Positions 29,136 to 40,742 are shown, counted from the first letter of the whole stretch. The stretch is 54,990 bases of DNA, filler included, from Catajapyx aquilonaris (GCA_000934665.2; 4 parts of 4 records of this genome joined end to end with filler, not necessarily neighbours in it), one strand, 5' to 3'. The notes: generated by a model from the sequence alone, not told the origin. Program-made: numbers and translations.

Positions 29136-29958
29136 TGAGTGTCAGAAAATTCAGTGGTCAATCAGCTTTTAATTATTATTGCAAGCATACATGGCCCCAT
29201 ACCCATGTTTAAGTACAATCACATCAGTGAGAAGAAAATTGCTACATAAATGGACTAATTCATCTGCCAGTAACCTTGCCATCACACCTCCAGATTCTGC
29301 TGCATGCACAGTTCTGGTCATATATCGCTTCTTCTTTCCCCCACCCCCACCCCCCACCCCCAATACGATCCGGTAGTTCAATATAAAAGTCTCTGTCCAC
29401 AGCGCAGGCGCATGCCCACAGGGATGTTGTGGTTGGGGTGGCCACTCACGAACGGCTGAACCAATCCGAACCATTCTTTCCACTGCAGCTGGGTCCGGTA
29501 GGAATTTACAGATCCCCCCCAGTAAGCCACCTGAACCACAACATGCCTGTGGGGCCACGCCAGCGCCAATTTCAGGCTGGGGGAGACTTATGTTCGACAA
29601 CAGTCACCATAGGTGTAGATAAGAGTTGCGGGGGCTGGTCGATGCACATGGCAATGCTGCTATTTTCTGAGCCACAGTTATCAGGGTGGGCACTCTGAAG
29701 TGGCGTAGAATTCAGATAAGGTGTGATGGGGGTGTGCCTTTGCACCAATAGCAGCGTATTCAAAATTATCATGTAACTTACTTGTTCCAGCCTCCCTGTC
29801 ATGTTTTATTTTTTAAATCTCATGGTCTGTCATTGTTCCAAATTAATTACTGTTTCCCACTTTTCTCCATGTAGAGAACAGGATAGTTTCCAGGATCGAT
29901 TTTGTTTTGTGCATGATAATTTTTATTGCAATGTTATTCCTATTACATGAAAAAGTTA

Positions 29959-30151
29959 AGCTGGGTATCCAAGTAAAAGTTTCTCATGCCAGTCGGCCTG
30001 AGTCCTCTTGCGTGAGAAAACTTGTCCATCGAGATAGACTGTCACCTCAGAAAGGGGATTAAAATTGACAATTTTCTTCTCCTCTTTCCTATGATCCGGG
30101 CATGCACAGTTGGCTCCTCTTGCACCAGAAAACTAACGTGGATACCCTGCT
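29959..30151 (-). mobile_element. PIF/Harbinger-like MITE, degraded, reverse-oriented relative of 31822-32025
   Basis: Termini AGCTGGGTATCCA / TGGATACCCTGCT with TTA flanks. Shares GCATGCACAGTTGGCTC with the copies at 31822 and 52640. Confidence 0.65.
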
Positions 30152-30160
30152 TTAAACTCA

Positions 30161-30746
30161 CAAGGGAAGGTCACAGGGTGATAATGGCGGATCTTGATGA
30201 AATTTAACATGCTAATACAGGACAATACATGATACCCAAAAATGAAATATTTCATGCGGAGGCCCATATTTGCAAAAGTTATGTATGACGTCTTAAAGTT
30301 TTTTTAAAAAAAAACACATTTTCATTGAGTTCATAATGGGATTACATTAGCGACCACATAGAAGACCACATTGAAGTGTGTAATCAGTTTCTACACTTTG
30401 TCTCATCGGAAAAAAGTCCTACATAACGCCCCTGCATCTCTTACGGTTTAGGCCTCGATACCTGTCCACAGACAGACAGACGAACGGACAGAGCCATTCT
30501 GTAGGACTTTTTCCGACGAGAAAACGTGTAGAAACTGATTACACACTTCAATGTCATTATATGTGGTCGCTAATGTAATCCCATTATGAATGAAAATGTA
30601 TTATTTTTGGAACGGTAAGACGTCATAACTTTTGCAAATATGGGCCTCCGCACGAAATATTTCATTTTTGGGTATCATATATTGTCCTGTATTAGCATGT
30701 TAAATTTCATCAAGATCAGTCATTATCACCCCATGACCTTCCCTTG
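30161..30746. mobile_element. Palindromic MITE with CAAGGGA termini and TCA TSD
   Basis: About 260-bp inverted arms, central CAGA repeats. Flanks c-TCA-[CAAGGGAAGG...CCTTCCCTTG]-TCA-g. Confidence 0.88.
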
Positions 30747-31363
30747 TCAGTAATTCCTCCTGAGTAATGAAAAACTTGGCCTTGAAAGCATAGAATTTGC
30801 AATTTTCCGGCCACAGCAAGCACTACAAACCTTCCAGAATTTTTATTTTTATTTTCCAGGCAATAGTAAAGATTTTTTTTTACATCGCATATTGTTCACA
30901 ATAGTATTCAACAAATGATGGTTGCACGAAGTGGCAACACTGCAAATGGGATATTACAGTGCAATCATGCTTGCAAGGAGTTTAAATTTTAAATTGTTGC
31001 TTGTTAACAATATGGGACTCAAAAAATTGGCCATCTACTAGTGCCTGAAAAATTAACAATTTTGTATGCTTCCTAGTACCTGTCATGGCTATTTCAAATC
31101 CAAAAAAATTGCAAATTCTCAACTTTCAAGCACTATTCAGGGACAAGACATTTAAAGGTGGAGTTTCACTTTTCCAATGTTATGAGGAACTGTAAATTAA
31201 AATTGTGGAACACCACAAAATCAATCCTGTTAAATCATCCTTACAGAGTCTCGCAAAGCACAGAAAGAATGGAGTGATATGCAAAATTGGGATGCAATGA
31301 AGCCTCAATAATATGCCTGCATGTGCTTGATTACTCACACCAAAACATGGCTGCCTACTCCAG

Positions 31364-31639
31364 TACTTTAGTGGGGGCTTAACGTCGGCCTATTTCAGCT
31401 GCAAGGCTCAACACCGACACCAGGGGGTGGTGGTGGTGGTCCTCGAAATTTGGCCACTCTGGGATCTTTAACGTGCACTCTCGCAATATCACAAGCACAC
31501 GGAACCGAGGCTTTACTTCCCCTCCGAAGGAAGGCGCACTCTCACTTTTCTACCACCTGGAGAAAAGTCACCGACCTAGGCCAGGTTCAAACCCACAACT
31601 TTGGGACTTGAGGCGAGCGCGCTAACCACCAGAGCAGGC
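31364..31639 (-). mobile_element. tRNA-derived SINE with Meta-domain-like core
   Basis: Minus strand: GGTGGTTAGCG...GGGTTTGAACC B-box-like head and core TTCGGAGGGGAAGTAAAGCC...TGCACGTTAAAGATCCC. 19-bp TSD ACATGGCTGCCTACT(C/G)CAG at 31345-31363 and 31640-31658. Domain name is from recall. Confidence 0.75.
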
Positions 31640-31771
31640 ACATGGCTGCCTACTGCAGCTGAAAACGTTCACTCCTTGCCACTCTGCCTATTTCAGCTGT
31701 CTCATCAGCCAATGCTGCGACCAATTTGAATCATGTCCTGCTCACCCTGCCCTGTCTACTAATCCCTGATG

Positions 31772-32233
31772 TGGGGCGACACGGTGGCCATGTGGTTAGC
31801 GCTGCAGCCTTCCACCTCTAAAGGCCGCTATCCACATAAAAGATCGTCTCACACACCAAGAGCCAACTGCCCATGCCCGGATACGAGGAAGAGAAGTAGA
31901 AAATTTTCAACTTTAATCCCCTTTCCGAGGGACCAGAGGGGCCCCGAGACAACTCCGTCTCAACGGACAAGATTCCTCCCTCAAGAGGACTCGTGCCCGA
32001 GAGACTTTTACGTCGAAGCCGGCCTTAAGGTCCAGAGTTCGACCCGGGTCGGACAGAGGATACCTATGTGGAAAGAGTTTCGATGGGTTCTCTCCATGTT
32101 CGTGTGGATTTTCTCGGGGTTCTCCTGTTTCCTTCAAAATCCATCACAGCGCAGGCAATGATTCAAGATGGTTATTCAAAAGGTGATCCCCTAAGAGGCC
32201 CAAGGAGGCCTATCAAGGGGTATCCATTATTAT
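31772..32233 (+). mobile_element. V-domain-like SINE copy interrupted by a MITE
   Basis: Collinear with 10294-10558 once 31822-32028 is removed. 12-bp TSD TAATCC(C/T)TGATG and ATT tail. Confidence 0.85.
31822..32025 (+). mobile_element. PIF/Harbinger-like MITE inserted in the SINE head
   Basis: Termini AGGCCG...CGGCCT. TAA duplicated (31819-31821, 32026-32028) relative to the uninterrupted SINE at 10294. Confidence 0.85.
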
Positions 32234-32834
32234 TAATCCTTGATGAGGAAAGGATCCATATACAGTTACTATATTTGTTAATCGTATCCCCTCCCTACAT
32301 CGATATATCGCATCAGTTGCCCTCCTGCATTGTAGATTGTACCCTGGTAAGCAGCGCCAAAACGGTCACATGTTGATTCATACAAGCTTACACCCGCGCC
32401 TGTTTGGCGCTGCTTGCCAGGTCACACTGAAGTTTTTTTTTCAGGAGGCCGAAACTTGACCTAATCAATGATACTTCCAAGCGTGTTCACCCGTAATTCC
32501 AAGCATAGCGCTCTTTTTTTTTTCGCCTTTTAATCCATGCGTCTCGACCGGATGCGGATGGTTCAAGAGGGTAGTGCCTATGCGGGTTGTGGAGGTGGCG
32601 TGGCGTACGCTAGGGTCGCGTAGGGTGGTGCGTAGGGGGTGGGAAATCCCATCTAGCTTCCCTTACCAACATGGCTACCCAAACTCCCCCTAAATCCGCT
32701 TGATAAGGCCACATGTGCAACAAAGAACCGCCTTTTGAATCACCCACACTAGCTCATTCCCCAAAAGCGCTACCAAAAAATAATAATCTACCCGCTGACC
32801 CCATACACACTGCCCCTTTCCCTGTAGTACTTAC

Positions 32835-33110
32835 AGATATGTTGGTGCGAGGTGGCTGGTAACAGGGGGAATGGAGACCAGGTGATTGGCACAACCGTAC
32901 TCGCTTGGGAGGTAGCTGCAAATGGCCGATTCAGCCGAACTCGAGCTGTGCCCTCTCCGCCTACTGAGTTTACGTCACACGCACTTCTCGAATGTTCTAG
33001 ACCAATCACAAGGCTGGGATTGGTCGTGACGTCATGTCATGGGACTCCTAGGGAGAGTTTTTTGTGGGCGTCGGGTGGAAAGGTACAAAGGTCTAGAAAT
33101 TTCTCTACAC
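32835..33110 (-). promoter_or_regulatory. Probable Hsc70 promoter and non-coding first exon
   Basis: Perfect three-pentamer HSE cTTCtcGAAtgTTCt (32984-32998), second partial HSE aGAAatTTCt (about 33095), CCAAT boxes (about 33002 and 33019), CRE TGACGTCA (about 33027), minus-strand donor CT|GTAAGT at 32834. Confidence 0.7.
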
Positions 33111-34543
33111 TAAAAAAAAAATTTAAACGGTTGATTCCTTTGTTGCAGTATAAAGTGGTTGATATATATTTATAATTTATAAAATAAATCTGGGCATAGG
33201 TTTGGGCTAACAGCATATATTGCGACCACGTGGTCTGGGGGTAATGATGGTATGCTGCGGATTTTGCCGCGGTTGTGCATACCGAATCTTGCGCCAGTAT
33301 TGCACGTGTATGCGAAATAGGCACTTATTTACTTCATATCATGCTTCATATATTTGTGACTAAAAAATAAAGAGCGTGGTATATGCGCAAGTAGCATATG
33401 AGTGTGTCCTTCGCAAGACTTTATTTGGAAATCGTTAAGTGGGGACTCCCCTCTCTATCGTCAACATAGTCATAAAGTACTTGCGGGGAAAAAAAAAATA
33501 AAGGACAAAGGTTGCCTGCCCTATCAATAATACTAGTCGCGTCAGCTTGTTGGATTTGTCTTGCGGTAGAGCCAGTGCTGTACGGTACATGCGCTATCGT
33601 TGGTACTTGTATATTCCAAGGGGTGATGTGTCTGAACAAGTCTGAATCAATTACTGCATGTGGCGCAAAATAGGTCAAAACAGTACATTGATTTCGGATC
33701 AGAAATAATAAAGTCGCCGGTACATGTTCTCACCTCACCATAAGTTTCGACATAAAAATGGGGACACGTATGTAACCAAGAGCTGATGTAACTTATACGA
33801 CAACGTGGTCTAGGGTAATATTACAGTATATTCTGCATGCGGACAATATGGTACAGCCGTATATGCTACACTCACGATGTCGCCGTGTACAGTACTCTAC
33901 AATTGTCCTACGACAATTAATTAATTTTGGTACCTTTGTGGCTACGGATCCGCACGTATTTCGTACTGTCGACAACTATCCGGAACAATCGCTCTTTATT
34001 AACGGTACATAATTAAGCTATACCGGTATAAATAAATTAGCAACATGCAATATTGTGGTTGCAGCATATTTTCCAGCATTATTTGCGTTGCGCACGCTCT
34101 TTATTAGACACGCCATGCATATGGTCGGATTTTGAAAGCCATGTGGCATGTCCATTTTTCAGTATCCGCGCCGGTCGGGGGCCTTTACCCCTCTTCTTGC
34201 CGGTTCTTGATGCGTCATTCGAGCCTCCGCTCTCCCGTGGATTCCCCCTCTTTCTACCCCCGACCCACTTCCTTCCCCCCGACGGCGACGGCAAGCTATG
34301 AAATCATAGATCGGATTGTACGTCTAAAATTATTAATCACTATTTATCTATAAAAATGTTCTGTCGATGATTTTGAATAGTTATTGTAGTTTCAAATCAA
34401 TTAAGGGAATAAAATAGAAAAATTGTATTGATCGCCGGGTCGAAAAAAGCAGCTTAATTTCTGAGTAATATAGCAGCTTATTAGGTTCTAAGCATAGAAC
34501 TCAATAGAACTCGATAGAACTGCTATTGTTCTAAGGTCCACTA

Positions 34544-34732
34544 CCCTTTCCGCTTATTGTTGCCAAAAATGGATGTCAAGCGCGAATTTTTGCCAGCAAT
34601 GATAGGTCTGGGTCACAGCAAATCTAGCCGCTACGCTTCTTTCGGTCACGTAACGTGAATGTCTGCATGCTTCCGGCATAATTTCCGCTTCAACCTTCGA
34701 GGACGAGAAAGTACCGCTGTCGAGCGGTGTAG
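34544..34732 (+). promoter_or_regulatory. Probable RpL38 TCT/5'TOP start and non-coding first exon
   Basis: CCCTTTCC (34544-34551) fits the YYCTTTYY TCT motif of ribosomal protein genes; an alternative TTCTTTC lies near 34637. Strong donor AG|GTGAGT at 34733. Confidence 0.55.
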
Positions 34733-35505
34733 GTGAGTTGGATACAAATCTGTATATATTTTTCTGTGTGGTGATCATCAGGCGTCGGTGTTGTTACAGT
34801 GTGGAAGGGCGTGGAAGGTTTGTTGTAGCAGGTGTTTTACGCATCGGATTACTTCGTTGACTGCAGTGTCAGACAAGCATTTTGAATCACATTGGACTCG
34901 AAATTGCAAGAATGTAAAGTACGGCGACTGTTCAAAGTAGTCTTAAATAGGTTCGAAATGTTATTGTAATGGCCCGACTGGATCAGAAGAAGGGCAGAAT
35001 GGGGGCTGGGAAATTATTAGAGAGCATATGATCAAGAGTAGGTGTGTGGGAGTGAGGGTCAGTGTGGATGTCGTCACTTCGAAAGACCTGTGTACAATTG
35101 CATGCAAATAAGAACGAGACGAATGGTTATGGAAATGCCAAGCGATTCCTGAAAAGCCGTTACACATTGCGTTAGTTGCCTCTGCACCCACAACAACGAA
35201 CCTGACACTAGCTGTCAACCTCTTTTTGCTAGCAATAGTGTGTAATTTTTGTTAGTTGCTCACTAAGTAAGAATAGGATGTTCTTATGTTGCCGATCGCA
35301 GTTTTATGCATCTGTCACATACAGTGCATACCATGCTAATAAGTGAGTTCAATTCTAGACTGTTGCCCTAAAGTGAATAGCAGGCCTTTTTCACTTGCTT
35401 GTGCATTTTAAAAGTCTTAAAACATGTCTGCACTATCATATAATTATTAAGTTCAAATAACACGGCCGAAAAAAAACCATGTAGAGTAACAAAGTGGTAG
35501 GCCTA

Positions 35506-36449
35506 CTATTAACCACAAAAGTAATGTTGCACAGTTATGTGATGGTGTCCGCGACTTGTTGTTTAGCATGGGTGTTGCCTAGGTACGGATGTTAATTTGG
35601 CAATATTCTGGAATCCACAACCCATGCTAAACAACAAGCCGCGGATGCCATCACATAACTGTGTAACATTACGGTATTTATCCAGTTTAGGTGGGCGTGA
35701 CATAGCAGCGTTCGCGGTGGTACTTACTGTTCAACAAAATGCATAGGGACCTAGTGCTGACTTTCCCGAGTGGCGGAGAAGCAATTTGAGAGCAAACAAC
35801 TGTGTAGAACCAAAGCTACAGACATTTTAACATGACGTATAAACATTCGATTGCTCCTCGCGGCGGCCATCGATTGATACCAATGGTTGCACCTGTCGAT
35901 ACTCGATACCATCTCCATATACGCCAGAGTACGGTATACGCTGAAACTGTAGACGGTGAATATAGGGCTGTATACACTGCTGATAGGGCTGTATACGCTG
36001 AAGATAGGGCTGTATCTGCATGGAAGGAAGGTTAGGTTTGGTTAGGGTACCTAGATTAGGTTGGGTAGCCTTACGTAACCTAATCTAGCTAACCTAACCT
36101 TCCTTCCATGAGGATACAGCCCTATCGTCAGTGTATACAGCCCTATCTTCAGCGTATACAGTATACAGTTTCAGCCAGTATACGGAGATGGTATCAAGTA
36201 TCGACAGGTGCAGCCATTGGTATCAATCGATGGCCGCCGCGAGGAGCAATGGAATGTGTATACTTCATGTTAAAATGTCTGTAACTTCGGTTCTACACGG
36301 TTGTTTGAGCTGAAATTGCTTTTCCGCCACTCGGGAAAGTCAGCACTAGGTCCCTATGCATTTAGTTGAACACTAAGTACCACCGCGAACGCTGCACGTC
36401 GCGCCCACCTAAACAGGATAATTACCAACATTACTTTTGCGGTTAATAG
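35506..36449. mobile_element. TA-flanked palindromic MITE, interrupted by a second element
   Basis: Termini CTATTAACC(A/G)CAAAAGTAATGTT with TA flanks. Its arms pair once 35673-36434 is removed. Confidence 0.8.
35673..36426. mobile_element. 754-bp palindromic element with 8-bp TSD (Mutator- or Merlin-like)
   Basis: TSD AACATTAC (35665-35672, 36427-36434), termini GGTA(T/A)TTATCC, near end-to-end inverted repeat, central GGTTA/TAACC repeats. Confidence 0.85.
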
Positions 36450-36744
36450 TACAGATTGACTCTCACTCGAACTATGTGCATCGTTGCCATTAGAGCAAGG
36501 AAAGTACTGAAAGTAATAATTCATATAATTGAAAGTGCCACATTAGCAAAGTGTGTGTAAATCAAGTACGGTATGCCTGTGAGATCAAAAGTATACATTT
36601 AGACTTCAAGAATTTGTGCTGGTGCAACTGGCTTATACTTGCCATGTGCATGTCTAGGAAGATATATCCAAACAGGTGCTAACATAAACATTTCTTTTCA
36701 GATCCTTGGTACCTCCTCCCAAGTAATTGGACTACTCGGAAAGA

Positions 36745-39700
36745 ATGGTGAGTTGGTTGTTGCCATGGGTGCTCTTAATTCTTACACTACAGGTATAATT
36801 TTGCATGAGTAAAAGAAACGTCAGTGTTGTATTTTCATGAAGTGTGTTTTTTTTTAGAGTGGGGAAAAGAACTTGATTGGATTATAATTCTACCCTTACC
36901 TGCAATAGTGTCATTCCCACGTGCCACAGGGATCATGATCCGTACCCCCCGAAAAACGCGATTGGGGTGTTCCCACATGCTCTTCCTCCACCCGAACTCG
37001 TTCACGAAGGTGACTGGCAGCCAGCTTGTAGAAGTTGGCTGCCAGGTTCCTAGCCGTGATCCTGACGTCACTCCATCCTCCGGACTGGTTCTTATCCAAG
37101 CAATATGGCTGCTCTCTGCTTGACCCTGTCTGCCCCCTCGCTCTGCTGGCAGCCAGGACCTGTATAATAACGTAGATAGCATGCCTCCATGCTATTACAG
37201 CCAGGCCTATCGTAGAGTCACCCATGCCTTTGGCCGGGAACTGAAGCGAGAGTCATTTTTTCGCCAGGCGGGAGGGCGTGCTTCCAGACCCATCCACCGA
37301 AAATCACGAAAAGTATGTGGCTCGTGGAAACAGTCACCAAACGATCCTGATTTTGCTCCTCAGAAACATGGTTCAAGATCGAGATTTTGTGGCACATGGG
37401 AATGACCTTAATGATTATTCAAAAGCTGAGCAATTCTCATGGAAGATGAATCACAGCTGCTTAGTATCCAGTGTCAGGAGTGTTATAGTTTTTTGTATTG
37501 ACAACATTGGGAAGCAGCATGTTGGGGGCTGAACTGACCTTTGCCGAGTATGTTGCATGAGCTGGCCACTTGGAGGTCGTTGAATAGTACAATGGAGGGG
37601 TGGAATGATAAATGGCCTGAGGGAATGATCAATGGGATCATACATACTGTATAGCCTGCAAATTGGTGAATAAAGATTAAGTAATTTTTTTTAAATTGCC
37701 CCGTGATAGGGCGGACCCCTTTTAGGTGGGATGGGGAGATTCCCAAGGGGGGGCGATGTAATTATAGTCATTTCTGACTTTCTGAAATACACCAGACCTT
37801 TTCTCCTGGCCCTGGACAGAGTAGGGAGTGCAATTCTGCCCTGCATGTTGGGTGAAAAGTGGAAAAAGACCTGGCTAAGCAGAGGTGACAGGGACGGGAT
37901 ATGAACCCCGGCCTCCCGCTTGGTTGGCCAGTGGCGTAACCGCCAGACCACCATGCCTCCCTGGTAAAAGTCTACTTGAGCGGCAGTGAAGAAATGGAAA
38001 CGACTCCGAAAGCTTGGCCGCACATGTTGAATTGATCCCCATAAATTCCTTCCTGAAACCATAATTGACATTTGATATTTGTAATGATACTTGTGTAGTT
38101 AAGACTACACATGATGTATAGATTTATATCAATTCCCTTCAGAAACCATAATTGACACTTGATATTCACAGTATGTGTTGTGGTAAATCCAGGGGAATCA
38201 TTAAAATCTGGGGATAAGGGGCAACACAACCTGCCTTATTTCTCCTTCATCACTCGTCCCTGTTGCCTTCCCTGTACACCGCATTTCCCTTCTCCTCCCA
38301 TCATACCTAACCACCCACTATGGAATTATCCTTTTTCTGAGCCCTGACTGCTGAAGAAGTGAGGAAGCTATTTTCACACGAGGCCACCATGGCAGCGATT
38401 CTGGCTGCAAGAAAAGTCGCATCTCGTGTGAAGGCTTCATATTATTCAATGCAAACACATGGCGTCGCGGCCAGCTGGCAGTGCCGAAAATCGCCCTGCC
38501 CGCCACCAGGATTTCTGGCGGCACGTGGGCAGCGTTGCCAACCACCACATATGAAAGGCTCAACTTGCAGCAATGCAAAGACCTGGCGGCCCCATGTGAA
38601 ATAGGCTAAAATCCATGAATAGTGACCAGGCAAGAATGCCATTTGAAATCACATCTCTCTTCCATCGGTTAGGCACTCAGGTTCACAAAATGTGTGGCAG
38701 CTGCACCATTCTGGGTTCTGGGTTTTCATTGAAACCTGAGTTCAGTTCCCCGAAACCACAGAAGTTTCATCAGCATTAGTTTTGGCATGGCCAGGGATCC
38801 TGTTTATTTTAGCAACATCTTACTCTTTTACTTTTCCTCCCACACTGTCCCATTGGGGGAAAAAGTTATGAAAGAGGATAAAAGGCATAATGTGAAAACC
38901 TACGCATGTTGGGTAATCTTGGAAAAGAAATTTTGCAAGCGTGCTGTAGCAATTCTGTGGAGTATTCTGCAGAAAAGATTGACTTACTCCTGATAATTTT
39001 TGTGAGGAATTGGTACTGATAACTGCTTTTATTTTCAGCCCCGTGAAATCAAGGAAATCAAGGACTTCCTCTTGAAAGCCAGGAGGAAAGATGCTAAGGG
39101 TAAGCTCTGCACTTCTTGGCAAATGAAGAATTTAAAAATCAAAAAAAAAAATGATTTTCTCATTCTGCTTGGCCTATAGTGTTGTGCAAACATCACCTCT
39201 GCTGCTAATTTTCACGTTAGCAGGGTCAAAATACGACCCAAAAGGCGATATTCCGAAGCTACAACACCTGCATCCGGTTGCGGGTCCCGGTTGCCTGGCC
39301 GCGGGTCGCCGCGACTGATATCAGTAATATGTAAATGATTGATTAAATTTGATGTGTTGAAATGTGTTTGGTCGGCAAAGTGGCCGTTGCTTCAGTCCGA
39401 CCAAATTAAATAAATAAAGCTAATGATGATGATAATGATTAAACTTGATTTGTAAATTGCTACATAATATCGATTTCGAAGTGTGTCAGATGATATTCTT
39501 CTTGTTCGCGCCACCCTAGAGCATGCTACAGTCGCAGCGGCCGGGACGTGCGACCTGCGACTGGCTACTAGTGTTGTGGCTTCGGAATATAGCCTTTTGA
39601 CTTGTATTTTGATGTGAAAATTAGCAGCAGAGGTGATGTTTGCACAACACTACAGGCCAAGCAGAATTAGAACATCCAAAAAATTCCAACATTTAGGAGG

Positions 39701-39892
39701 GTAAAAAGAGTTTGGTTGTCAGAGGGAAGAATTTTACGGGCTTGTTTTGCTCACTCTTTTTGTTTGCAGCTGTGAAGATAAAGAAGAACCCCCAGAATGT
39801 GAAGTTCAAGGTTCGCTGCAGTCGATTCCTCTACACCCTGGTTATCACTGACAAGGAAAAGGCCGAGAAGCTGAAGCAGTCTCTACCTCCTG
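36745..39892 (+). CDS. RpL38: 60S ribosomal protein L38 (eL38), partial; last exon not seen
   Basis: ATG 36745-36747 followed directly by GTGAGT. Exons 39039-39099 ([20 protein letters not shown]) and 39770-39892 ([42 protein letters not shown]). The short terminal exon was not found before 41242. Confidence 0.95.
36909..37407. mobile_element. Probable non-autonomous DNA transposon
   Basis: Inverted termini GTCATTCCCACGTGCCACA / TGTGGCACATGGGAATGAC. TSD not clear. Confidence 0.5.
37685..37961 (-). mobile_element. tRNA-derived SINE (third family)
   Basis: Minus-strand head GGGAGGCATGGTGGTCTGGCGGTTACG...GGGGTTCATATCCC (A and B boxes) and an A-rich 3' end. No clear TSD. Confidence 0.65.
38367..38608. 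mobile_element. Probable Harbinger-like MITE
   Basis: Imperfect inverted termini AGCTATTTTCACACGAGGCCACCA / TGGCGGCCCCATGTGAAATAGGCT. Confidence 0.45.
39157..39672. mobile_element. Fold-back element filling most of an RpL38 intron
   Basis: Inverted arms over 100 bp (ATTCTGCTTGGCCT(A/G)TAGTGTTGTGCAAACATCACCTCTGCTGCTAATTTTCAC...) inside intron 39100-39769. Confidence 0.85.
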
Positions 39893-40671
39893 GTAAGTAT
39901 TACAGGTCATTGTAACAGATGTCAGGCAGATGTTCCTTGCTTGAAATGAGCTTGACCCTGGGATACTGAAGAATGCTATCGAGTAACATTGGTAAATTGT
40001 ATGACATCTGCTTTGCTGAGGAAGACTTTTGGTGTAAATGGTGCATGGTATGCAGTAGAAAAGGGAAAGCTATAATTGTAAATCAGGGATGCAGAGCCCC
40101 TATATTGGGGCTAAAGTGTGAATTTGCAATTTTGTCAGGTTTCAAGTGGTCACTGGTAGCACTGGATTCGAGATAATTTTTATTTCAGTTTTGGTGGCAT
40201 TGGAGGATGACGAACTTATTTTGGTCTCACATTGTTCACCAAAACTGACCTTGATGATAATATTTTTGCACTATGGTGTCACAATGGGATACCTCGTAAG
40301 TTTATTTCATAACAATTTTAGTGAACAATATTACTCGAAGAATTTGACATATTCTACCAGGGTCACCTAAATTTAAATAAACATTATCTCCTGTACCTAG
40401 TGCCGTCTGTGACCATTTGAAACTGAAGAGATTGCAGATTGCAACAATTTGCCTCAAATATCTCATATCTATCCCTGGTTTTCAATTATTCTAGCTTTCA
40501 CTTTTTAGTAGGCACTCTCAAGCTGTGTGTGCACCAAAAATCTTGCTTACCAGATCAAAATGTTGACCAATTCCCTAGCTTACTTGCTAGCATTCTTTTG
40601 AAGGATTAATATATCGACATAAGAATTGAGTGCAGTTTCAACTCAAAAAAAGAAGTGAATCAATCTTAAGT

Positions 40672-40742
40672 GCTTCTGTAGTTTAGTGGTAGAACACATG
40701 CTCATGTGAGTGTGGACCTGGGTTCGAATCCTGGCAGAAGCG
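40672..40742 (+). pseudogene. tRNA-like sequence (tRNA pseudogene or SINE head)
   Basis: Acceptor stem GCTTCTG/CAGAAGC, D arm GTTTAGTGGTAGAAC, T loop GGTTCGAATCC. The anticodon loop appears to be 8 nt and there is no immediate poly-T terminator. Confidence 0.6.

Noticed and set aside
29169..29802. Several short overlapping ORFs in Hsc70 intron 1, with a faint THAP-like CC...KFLPD pattern
   Set aside because: No complete C2CH motif and no coherent exon chain.
40136..40176. AG|GTTTCAAGTGG as the RpL38 terminal exon
   Set aside because: It translates GFKWSLVALDSR, not the conserved GL(Q/A)VKE(L/V)K end. The true exon is probably beyond the contig.
40672..40742. Functional tRNA gene
   Set aside because: Irregular anticodon loop and no terminator; better explained as a pseudogene or SINE head.
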